Of a stretch of 64,000 bases of DNA, positions 46,101 through 53,100 are shown piece by piece (position 1 is the stretch's first letter; every line of letters starts with the position of its first letter). The translations under genes and the position numbers were made by a program. The notes below the pieces were generated by a model. The model ran no database searches, was not told the DNA's origin, and was given only the letters and a program-made list of their open reading frames with translations. Source of the DNA: Phoronis australis (lineage: Eukaryota; Animalia; Phoronida); assembly GCA_002633005.1 (NCBI GenBank), contig NMRA01000391.1, positions 1 through 64,000 of the forward strand, in the 5' to 3' direction.

Positions 46101-47274
46101 ATAATCATGAAATGATCTCAGAAACCCATAATACCGAAACAAAATGACGGCTTTATAAGCCCAGTGAAATAGGTCAAGCATGGTGAAAAACAACTTGATT
46201 TGAAGCGACGATGTGAATCCTAGCTCGCGCTTGTGTTGAAAAATGTGCGAGATTCGCATAGATGAACATGTGGGATTTTACAGGTACTTGTTTTTTTTTT
46301 CAATATTTGTTATTCTCAGTTTATTCAAAAAGTAGTAGAAACAGCGGAGCATTAGAGCCAACTGAAAATGAAAACTCTTCGACTATCTCGTTGTAACGAG
46401 ATAATCGACCCTCTTTATATTTTTGATTGGCTCTAATATTCCGCCGTAGTTATAAACGGTACCATAAAAATAGAAATTTGGCGAACTCATCGTAGTTGTC
46501 ATACATGGGACCGGCGTACCTTCTACTCACATAAGCAAGGTTTTCACGGACAGGTTGCCTACCAAAGGGTGTGTTGTTCAATTAAATTCCCTATGAAAGG
46601 ATTCAGTCTATTGAGTAGGATTGACTATGGAAAGAGTTCATTTTTGCAGACAGAACTAATAAAGGCTTATGTTCCATTCAGGCATGTCTGCCTAAAAAGA
46701 TGACAATCCAACATGTTATTTACTGAAATTTTATTCAATCATTAGAAGTCCTGATTATACGAATAAACCAAAAGTAATGATCGACATTGTCACCGAAATC
46801 CTAACCCTAACAATGGTGTTTTAATTGTACCACCTACCTATAACGGCCCGCTTCTTAGTTGAAATCCAACATTCAGTTTAAAACTTGTCAAACAAGGTAT
46901 TTTGCTCAAAGCAAGTCTCAAATATCGTGAAACATGACAGTGTTAATTTCTAGAACGAAAACCTTAAAAGAAAAGAACAAGATCGCTATACAAAATGCCA
47001 GGAGTCTTAAATTCTTACCAAACTTAAGTCTTTTGTAATTTGCAATCAAAAATTGATATACCTTCAGTCCCACGACAGAGTTTAGATCGATGAAATTTCT
47101 GAATTTCCCTCTGCTTGTCAAGATCTGGACTTCGCCTGTATGTGGGTCATGGTAATGGAAGTCCTCTTCAAAATGTTGCCCGGACGCTCTGCCGTGGTGT
47201 GGCAGTAAACCCACTACACATCCAGGTAAGATTAATAGCGTCCACAAGAGGACACTTGTTTTCAGACATTCCAT
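2319..47274 (-). CDS. 21-exon gene: secreted mosaic protein (signal peptide / beta-rich region / Hedge-like 1 / ComEC-type MBL / Hedge 2 / peptidase M15A-like / Cys-rich C-terminus), ~1,725-1,738 aa
   Basis: Exons 47274-47062, 45328-45214, 41443-41347, 39025-38612, 35283(or 35244)-35202, 35141-34895, 34201-34074, 32427-32348, 28256-28110, 26073-25915, 25567-25440, 23978-23724, 23168-22146, 13724-13586, 12028-11820, 11098-10999, 8676-7925, 7696-7427, 5664-5470, 4417-4227, 2591-2319. All GT-AG with matching phases; sum 5217 nt (divisible by 3). Hedge motifs are rebuilt across junctions. Confidence 0.82.
4227..4417 (-). CDS. Exon 20: NALNAKFKPVP...SALTNIIK
   Basis: ttctattcag acceptor, AAA|GTAAGT donor, phase 1->0. 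Confidence 0.85.
5470..5664 (-). CDS. Exon 19: QTWSNKVTSC...CLENTQIYSIV
   Basis: ttttgaag acceptor, G|GTACGA donor, phase 1->1, Cys-rich. Confidence 0.8.
7427..7696 (-). CDS. Exon 18: GPIINPVNANRAC...CFVDHCGCGLGI
   Basis: atttcag acceptor, G|GTGAGA donor, phase 1->1. Confidence 0.85.
7925..8676 (-). CDS. Exon 17: end of Hedge 2 (LAQCAGFDHV...LEVCV) plus peptidase M15A-like domain
   Basis: LSDSFTIATF...LDERLVECLQ...SAYRPRSKN...GQAVEL...IGIGAHTDKLYFDIR parallels the Peptidase_M15_3 pattern (LSxxF..SGYR..N..H..G.AAD..GIG.Y..FVHVDVR); phase 2->1. Confidence 0.85.
10494..10911. mobile_element. Diverged TIR element rich in AAACTCGA motifs (same family as 54432-54835)
   Basis: Ends caaggaccgggg.../...ctccagtccctg; repeated aaactcga/tcgagtt. 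Confidence 0.5.
10999..11098 (-). CDS. Exon 16: Hedge 2 core KLKVIEAWDEP...GKHGTSSLHYEGR
   Basis: Matches Hedgehog KLRVTEGWDEDGHH...SLHYEGR; tattacag / AG|GTAATT; phase 1->2; absent from the ORF track. Confidence 0.92.
11820..12028 (-). CDS. Exon 15: Hedge 2 ELTRYAMDDMIFSNEE...CQDRIMTTRLLFRLRRLA
   Basis: Matches Hedgehog ELTPNYNPDIIFKDEE...ADRLMTQRCKDKLNALA with a 5-Cys insert; phase 2->1. Confidence 0.9.
13057..13121. repeat. (GT)n/(GCGT)n microsatellite
   Basis: Direct reading. Confidence 0.9.
13586..13724 (-). CDS. Exon 14: start of Hedge 2 (LSVGKSSPS...CKPMIQAITRDGERFR)
   Basis: ITRDGERFR resembles Hedgehog ITRNSERFK; ttcttccag / AG|GTTTGT; phase 1->2. Confidence 0.88.
14200..14540 (-). 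mobile_element. Fragment of IS3EU-like (integrase-core) transposase N-terminus
   Basis: FNLGLSQK...IISVRHLRRLLSRLELARRNSYSDIDDVIGFIDRQLSTPGQQHSYRSMHHKC...ILSAVDPGG resembles the HTH region of these eukaryotic DDE transposases. Confidence 0.6.
14772..14820 (-). ncRNA. Minimal type I hammerhead ribozyme (Penelope-associated)
   Basis: Minus strand: tgactt CTGAGGA t GGTGT ttaataaatg ACACC GAAA CATGTC aagtt; intact CUGAnGA and GAAA core, 5-bp stem II, palindromic stem III, GUC site. Confidence 0.75.
14772..15016 (-). mobile_element. Penelope-like element 3' end with short 5' inversion
   Basis: Minus strand encodes REALHISWCKPNLNRQLTHHRLSLLV* (typical C-terminus after the PLE GIY-YIG domain); perfect 23-bp inverted repeat 14960-14982/14994-15016; hammerhead downstream. 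Confidence 0.75.
15493..15556. repeat. 22-bp unit x3 minisatellite (ctgagttattatcctagtccaa)
   Basis: Units start at 15493, 15515, 15537. Confidence 0.75.
16744..18412. mobile_element. Non-autonomous Kolobok-like DNA transposon, copy 1
   Basis: TTAA|AGGAGCATGCCACCC...GGGTGGCATTCTCCT|TTAA; empty site gctcatTTAAgtattct at 60012; THAP-like remnant on minus strand (GYKVFFLLPRE..LRKWL..IRVC). Confidence 0.88.
18449..18518 (+). other. tRNA-derived sequence (A box TGGTGTAGTGG, B-box-like GGTTTGAATCC), probably not a functional tRNA
   Basis: Pol III boxes present, D and anticodon arms pair poorly; paralog at ~60048-60110. Confidence 0.6.
19224..21139. mobile_element. Non-autonomous Kolobok-like DNA transposon, copy 2
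   Basis: TTAA|AGGCGAATGCCACC...GGGTGACATTCTCCT|TTAA; colinear with copy 1; plus strand has YQFKPEYTD..LSWCQ*ANC..CICCHEIPQV..HPGF (P2X7C/KolX-like), minus strand has a THAP-like remnant. Confidence 0.88.
21257..21404. repeat. Purine-rich (GGAG/GGAC) low-complexity tract
   Basis: Direct reading. Confidence 0.75.
22146..23168 (-). CDS. Exon 13: ComEC/Rec2-type metallo-beta-lactamase fold, catalytically degenerate, then poly-Asp and RKKR
   Basis: LRIYELPVGNGDFTLIQCP, GLVLRLVYKTFSMLFIGHL, VYRLSQHG, FLDKVKPIVILSSG parallel ComEC motifs (VGQGD, SLVL..FLFTGD, LKVSHHGS, FL..V.P...IIS.G); HxHxDH replaced by TRGYLAQ; phase 1->1. Confidence 0.88.
23724..23978 (-). CDS. Exon 12: C-terminal half of Hedge-like 1 (KIMVRGAW...AEGRLLTL...LSCSGFCKV...VEVAV)
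   Basis: Parallels KLRVTEGW..EGRAVDI..AVEAGFDWV..IHCSV; phase 1->1. Confidence 0.8.
24332..24512. mobile_element. MITE family B copy
   Basis: TIR caggggcgga...tccgccactg; flanks atggt/gtggt; homologous to 44113 and 50734. Confidence 0.8.
25440..25567 (-). CDS. Exon 11: Hedge-like 1 LSNLKRDDIIFDNDDAHYMSPTMKTKLVKFA
   Basis: Resembles DIIFKDEE..DRLMT.R.K.KL..LA; C|GTAAGT; phase 2->1. Confidence 0.85.
25915..26073 (-). CDS. Exon 10: SFNIIPLGFK...PPCGKEGTAITKKTDE
   Basis: tttacag / AG|GTAAAT; phase 2->2. Confidence 0.85.
27097..27677. mobile_element. Non-autonomous Helentron/Helitron-like element with (GGAC)n and terminal hairpin
   Basis: (GGAC)n at ~27599-27627, then hairpin atgcgtccacatat-aa-atatgtgggcgcat and an A run; internal short direct repeats tgccactag. 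Confidence 0.55.
28110..28256 (-). CDS. Exon 9: VKPELLLGLEAEL...VKLTLAVVGHK
   Basis: tctttcag / TG|GTGAGC; phase 2->2; amphipathic beta pattern. Confidence 0.85.
30915..31121. repeat. tRNA-derived SINE fragments
   Basis: B box ggttcgattccc on minus strand (~30935) and A-box-like gtagctcag on plus strand (~31081). Confidence 0.4.
32348..32427 (-). CDS. Exon 8: VEVSVGLAWGLSEFVFEIALLAPVAI
   Basis: tattgtag / GG|GTAAGT; phase 0->2. Confidence 0.82.
33608..33688. mobile_element. MITE family C copy (spans an N gap)
   Basis: catgggcggcgcagcactgaaaa...ccatg, reverse of the 42417 copy. Confidence 0.6.
34074..34201 (-). CDS. Exon 7: NKKIGDAAA...ITGSLSIYPK
   Basis: tttttcag / AAG|GTACAT; phase 1->0. 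Confidence 0.85.
34360..34624. mobile_element. MITE family A copy
   Basis: catgcgcgcacccag...ctgggtgcgcccatt; flanks aacaa/tacaa. Confidence 0.8.
34895..35141 (-). CDS. Exon 6: FKASAKLNIDVKLKVTG...FHSTAEFSW
   Basis: gtcttcag / G|GTAAGT; phase 0->1; long amphipathic beta strands. Confidence 0.85.
35202..35283 (-). CDS. Exon 5: SFESK*YHRLEIRIQKDILTNVILGKK (in-frame TGA), or a shorter form starting at 35244
   Basis: Perfect donor AAA|GTAAGT; the only phase 2->0 bridge I found between exons 4 and 6; two possible acceptors. Confidence 0.6.
35945..36164. mobile_element. MITE family A copy with perfect 5-bp TSD CTTCA
   Basis: cttca|catgcgcgcaccc...gggtgcgcgcatg|cttca. Confidence 0.88.
36812..37053. 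mobile_element. MITE family A copy with perfect 5-bp TSD TAAAG
   Basis: taaag|catgcgcgcacccag...ctgggtgtgcgcatg|taaag. Confidence 0.88.
38612..39025 (-). CDS. Exon 4: FWDLFDHADIFY...HRREKRE...LTCEDCYLYFKAGLT
   Basis: ttttacag / TT|GTGAGT; phase 2->2; furin-type site. Confidence 0.87.
39370..39810 (+). mobile_element. Penelope-like element 3' fragment (GIY-YIG endonuclease)
   Basis: KPINTLRSLLVRPKD...CGIIYQL...TYIGETKRPFLTRFKEH...AVGEH...RKLIES...RDRGLHLPPMY; followed by a degenerate hammerhead at 39769-39803. Confidence 0.88.
40074..41247. repeat. Near-identical ~430-bp direct duplication (40074-40503 / 40818-41247) across a single-N gap
   Basis: Only ~2 substitutions seen; first copy ends exactly at the N at 40504. 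Confidence 0.85.
41347..41443 (-). CDS. Exon 3: LSHAPDKGIFRKIATIDIKTNTRVDVISVEA
   Basis: ttttcag / AG|GTAAAT; phase 1->2. Confidence 0.85.
42417..42487. mobile_element. MITE family C copy (71 bp) with perfect 5-bp TSD CCTAA
   Basis: cctaa|catgggcagcgca...tgcgccgcccatg|cctaa. Confidence 0.85.
44113..44271. mobile_element. MITE family B copy (reverse orientation)
   Basis: cagtggcggattt...ggatgcccctg. Confidence 0.75.
45214..45328 (-). CDS. Exon 2: RVMCVSNTILLAMENSDVVKKWRVGDVITGNDKWECQL
   Basis: gttttag / G|GTACGT; phase 0->1. Confidence 0.85.
45871..45995. repeat. Degenerate ~21-bp minisatellite (aaacaggaccgcc-like)
   Basis: About six diverged units. Confidence 0.55.
47062..47274 (-). CDS. 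Exon 1: signal peptide MECLKTSVLLWTLLILPGCVVG...FIDLNSVVGLK
   Basis: ATG in aacATGG context, hydrophobic N-terminus, AAG|GTATAT donor, phase 0. Confidence 0.85.
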
Positions 47275-50172
47275 GTTGGATGTTACAGTTGTCGCATATC
47301 AGAAACAGAGCCTTGCTTAACAAAAACGAAGGTGCGAAAGCAGGTATCTACAGTTGCAGAAACCTTAAACACACTGTCGCACGTTGCGCTGTCCAGGTAA
47401 ATTGATTTGTGCGCAAACAAGTCCGTCACACATCAGCAAGTTCACCGTGGTAACTTCAATTACCTTGTCCTACGTTCCGCACGATTCAGTTCATATGGAT
47501 CTCGTACAAGAGGTCATGGGAATTTTTGATGAGCCGACAGTTAAAATTTGGCTAATTGTTTCTGTTCTCCGCAATTCCAAACTTGGTTGCTCTTTAGCTT
47601 TTTTGCACATTAATACGCCAAAATTTGTTTTTCTCGTCAATAAATTTTGATCATTAGGTTGTAATTGTGTTATCCTCATTAGCTCGGCAAGTCGATTAAA
47701 AAACTGCTGAACCGTGCATTGAGCTATGCCTCACTGAATCGTGACTACAGTATGTTCACGTGTTTCGGCTTGTTGAAGTTTTGTTCGCAACTTAGTTAAC
47801 TTAATTGAATTGATCGGTTGTCTTCACAAATAAAAATTCAACGAAATTCATCTTGGTAACTGCACTGCTTGTAAAATACGTTTGTACATGTACATGGATT
47901 ACGTAGTCCTCTGTGGACCTGAGTAATTGTGTTTGTTGCAAAGTCACTGACCCGACGAATGTATAATATCCCTCCTTTTCTCTGAAGCGTGATATGATTG
48001 CGTGGATACATTTTCACAGTGATCACTTACCTGTCATATTTATTTCAGTAAACTAAGTGGCGGTTTTGTACTGTTCTGGCTAGAGTAATAAACGCAGGAC
48101 AGTTAACATGTCCCTGGTAAACGCATATGGTGGACCAGAAAGGGCAGACTTCCAAATGTATGCACCCATGTACTCCGGAATTTATACCCCAACTGACGAA
48201 TACGAGTTAGTGCAGTCGAGAAAAGCTTGAAAAAGTCAAAGCACAGGAGTATTAATTCAAGTTTATTCTTCATTAACTCTTAAGTTGATGAGCTGCACAT
48301 TGGCACCTGATAAAAGAATTAGCGGGATGTAAAACAGAATAATTAATATCTCAGATATATAAAACTCTAATTCCATTGTTCATTTTTATGGGGGCACCAA
48401 TTCGAAAAGACATGAAGATAAACTAATGATTGTGTCTACTTTGGGCTATGATGGAAATTTGCTGCGTATCAACAGGAAAATTAATAGGAGTACATGATCA
48501 ATTTAATGCCCGGTGTAAAAAAATAATGCAGGCATATAATCTAATTAACACAATAACAAAATCGATTACTCTCAGTTGGTTTTATGGGGGCATCAACTCT
48601 GGAATAGATTGGGGCGTTAATTTTGGAACATATGGGACATAAATTTTGAAATTATGTGTACTCTGGCTTTCCATATACGCACGATTCACACCAGTCTGCT
48701 GATTAATTAGGTCGCCTGCCGTCTCATCTTTAAAATCACCCGCCTTTGCCTGGGACATGCCTTAGTGGGTTTAAAACGTCGACGAAACAGTACACGATTA
48801 CATTGTAGATCAAGCTGAGCTGATCAATGAATTTGAGGCTACATTAATCGTTGTCAATTAACACTTGATTTTTTTCTAATTCGAACTAGTTGCCCTTTTG
48901 AAATCGCTATTTGTGTGTTAAACGCATTATCAAATCTTATTTTTTTCTTGTTGGTACTACCGCACCCATTCTTTGGACTTTTGAGTATACATGTAGCTTG
49001 TATTTTCTTGCTATGTATGTAAGCTCCTAATGTATCGACTTACGAGACAAATTTCTGTTCGAGTTGCAGTCATGACAATAATTAAACAGTCTGTTGATAT
49101 CTTTTTATTTCGACAGGCTGAAAATTTTACATTTATCATGTTGTGATGCATTGTATAAATGAAGAGGACTTACCGTGACTCGTGAGTTGACAGTTGTTTA
49201 CATATGTCTTAGCTGGGTACGGTCAGATTTATTGTTAACCAAAATCACGTTGTGTATGCAGCATCAACTAAACGCTTTGTAAAATAAAAATATCACTACA
49301 ACGCACAATAAAGAAATGCGAATTAAAATGCTAAGAAAAATCGAATCATTCTAAGTCTGTCCGTTCTGTTAAACATGTATTCTAGAGCAGCAGTCACTCC
49401 CCTTGTGCAACTCGGCAGCATCAGTCACCTCAGGTGGGTAAGATTTGGTGAGAGGAGGGGGGCCTGGAGAAAGTGGTATTGTTTCGGTGTACGTAGCCTA
49501 CCCATTACCCATTTTACCGCGTGTCCAGATATTGTTTAGATTAATGGATATCCGGTGCTACTGCTATTCTAGGCATTCTGGGTGTGCGTGAAGCTTGCGG
49601 CGTACTGATGTAGATTTCACCACTCTAACTGGTAACCAACCGGACAGCAGTATAATGTTTTTAAACGGGCAGGGGAGGAATAGATTTTCCAGAACATTGA
49701 GAATGTTTTAAACGGGCTTCAAACAGCATGGACGAGATGGATATTAAAAACATTTTATTTGACATTTAAAATATCTCTTGAGTCTACTCCCGTCCTAAAA
49801 AGGACAGGTTAGAATAGGATAACCGAGTGAGACAGCCAAGGGAAAAGGTTTTACTCTGAACTGTCACTGAATCTAATCGTAAAGGCGCTTTAAAATATCA
49901 TTCTTGTCTTGAAATTGCACAAGGACACAGTGTACAAGAGAAGCAGCTGTTGCATATGTGTTTTACCGGACCGACCGTTTATACTGAATTATCTCTGGAC
50001 TTTATCATTTCAAACAAAACCGATAATTTGTACCGTACTACAGGGGACCAAGCACAAATCGGAACAGTTGCATAGCACATATGCATGTCAGTAATTAGCC
50101 GATAGTGGGGTTATCTGCCTGTCTGTCGGCTATATACGAACTTTAGACCTTCTTTTGGATGAGCAATTCAAG

Positions 50173-50192
50173 ATGGGTTCTTTTTGTCTCAG
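50173..50192 (+). CDS. Probable first coding exon (MGSFCL R)
   Basis: caagATGG context, AG|GTACGC donor, phase 2 completes signal peptide MGSFCLRCVLFLLVTMPAVSS; alternative 49159-49181 also fits the phase. Confidence 0.5.
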
Positions 50193-53100
50193 GTACGCCT
50201 ATTTATAATCTCTAATATTATGACTGAATTTGTGACTTGTGCCACTTAATGTTTCTGCTTGAAATGAATAACCAGTTCATGATAAAACAAGGTTCGAACT
50301 AGGATTAACTTGTGAGTGGACTTCATTTTCGACGGATGATAATTTGTCCCTGTTGTGTTCGAACACCAGCTCGACTGATAACACCTTGCCTAAGGAAAGA
50401 GTGGTACGTGCACCGACGCAATATAGCTCACCACTCTGGAAGTATTTATTTGCGTGAGTAGGAAAGTCGGTACAGCCACAATGTCATGTTAGAATGGGTT
50501 CAGCTGCCGAATTAAGTTAATTGTTCTCTATTAGTGAGGATGAGTACTGGGTTAGGATGTCGAATGTGTCTCATACGTACCTGTGTAATTAAGTTTTATG
50601 ACGCAATCATGCACTGTTACCATAATTCGTCAAAGCTATGAGCCGATCGTGAACAGGCTAGCGATAAACAAGGATTACAAATATAACGATAGTTTGCATC
50701 GAAGCAAATAAATGTGATATGTGATCCTGTGTGCAGTGGCGAATCCAGGATTTTGAGTTAGGGGGAGCCAGGGCAGAGTATTTGCCTGGATTTTGCCCGT
50801 CAGACATTGGCACCCCCGAACTGCCAAATGGAATCAGGGAGAATTTTAGGGGGCAAGGTCCCCTTGCCCTTCCTCCACCCCCTAAATCCGCCACTGGTGT
50901 GTTTCTTGTAAAACATGGCGATATCTCGCAAGTTTGCGTGATTTGGTTTTTGAGAGGTTCTTGAGTCTATAGAGCCTTAATTGCCGATTCGAGATGATCA
51001 GACATCTGTGAATGAAGCATATGACGTGTCAAAAACCTGAACTAATCGCCATGCAGAATGGGCTGTAACAGCTAGATCATGGGCGGCGCACCATAGGGGG
51101 ATGGGGGTCTGTAGCTCCACCTTTTTCAGTGCTCTGGCGCCCATGGTCTATGGGAGGTGCACCACAAGGGGGCTAGGGGTCTATACCCAAACTTTTTTCA
51201 GTGCTGCGCCGCCCATGCAGATAGCTTGCTTTTCCAGGTCCACGGTTTGCGGCTCTTTAAGGTGACAGTTTCGGTAGAATATGATCAAAACACATATCGT
51301 GCAGACTCTGTCGCTTGAAAAGGACTTCACGTGACTATGCGCTCATATTACTGCGTCATGAGTAGGCTAACAGTTGTGAACGTGCATGGCCTGCCTGCTG
51401 TTTTCGATTCTGGGAACCAACGATCATGACATTGATGGTCTGGGAATTGGGGATAAATCTGGTTCCGTAACTATCCACTCTGAAGCTAGTACATACTGAC
51501 AACCAACAATAGACTCGTTGCATCATACACGAAAATAAATGCCTCAATCTCATCAAAACGAAGTCATTATTTCCGACTGTAATTAGTGGTAAGGCTCATT
51601 CTCGTACTTCCGTTTACGCACATGGGACTGTCCTATTCAATATACTTGCGGAAGATATATACGTCTTCCTTCGATATCGACAAAATTTCAAAACTACTGC
51701 TAGTGGTCGGTCTTTTGTTACATCCTCGCGGTTACGCAGATGAAGCAAAAAAAGCTACTTCACGTTTAACTTCCGTTTGACGTGTTTGCGGTCGAGAGCT
51801 TAAATGGTGTTTTCTTGTGCTTTTTTATTACTTGACAGTCCAGTTCACCCATAATTATAAATGTACGTTCGATGAAAGCTTAAAGATCTTTGAGATAATT
51901 ACTTTCATTAACACCTATAAATATAGTTGTATTTCTTCCAGATGCGTCCTATTTCTTCTGGTAACAATGCCAGCCGTCTCGTCGACTCCGGACACATCAG
52001 TATGTACACCCCATCCCAGGTCAAGTTCAGGTACATCACCCACCAGCACACTATTAGACACGCATCTCTGTATTTTGAGCTTCACTGTTACGACGGAAAG
52101 TTAAACAAATGTTTGAACAATGATCCCCGCCATTGATCGAGTTCGCTCAGGCCGACTAGACTCTTATGAGTATTGTGAGCAATGTATGGCGCATAGACTG
52201 TAGCAAAAGCAAGTATCAGCGGAACTTTTGCTGTCTTCAGTAAGTTATTAATTTATGGTTCACAACGAGAGCTGTTGTGACATACGCTGATGCTCTCGAC
52301 ACTAAGTGTTGCCCGGGCGACGAGTGCGGCAGTATACACAGTCAACAGCGACACACGTGATCGCGCGAGCGACAGTATATCATACAATACTTGCAGTGAA
52401 ATTTAATAAATAGCTTTCTATTAAAAGCGATAACATGTTCCCGTTATGGATGGATTCGACGCATTTTTAGCTATCTAGTGGCCATTTTCATGATACAAAT
52501 AAACACACCTAAAAGCACACCGTTTGCGGTGCATTCGTGGGCGCATTTCAACACTCCGCGTTCCTCTTATCACAGAGAACAATCATAGTTTGGTAAAATC
52601 CCAATCTTGTGAAGATAAGTATTTGTACTTACAATTCTATGAGTAATTCTGAACTGGAACCACATTAAATTGGTGTCAGAAGTAAATTTAATTGAAAAAC
52701 CACTCTTTATTTGATGCGATATTTAGGGCCTGCTCCCACTTCATTTCCATTGTTTTTTAGTGTTTTTGTCGATTTTGGTTATGAATCGATTATAGATTAT
52801 TTTGTTTGAATATGGCACAATGCCCAAGAAAATAGGAGGAGTCTGTGGAAGAGAAATCGTGAAAATAGAGAATTTTTCTTCATTTTCAAGTATTTACAAT
52901 TGGCCCTTATTAGACCCTGGAAATAGGTAAATGGTGGAGGAAAGCCGTACTTACATGTATTACAAAAAAGTTGATAAGATATCTTCTTGATAATGTCGAC
53001 GACAGCACTGTTGTGGCATAGGAAGAGAATCTTGTGGTTGGCGAGCTTTCAGCCCCACAGCTCGAACTCGATGACGAAAGGTAGGAGTTTCTTGAACGTG

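Noticed and set aside
49159-49181. Alternative first coding exon MKRTYRD for the plus-strand gene
   Set aside because: Phase and donor fit, but 50173 has a better start context and signal peptide; not excluded
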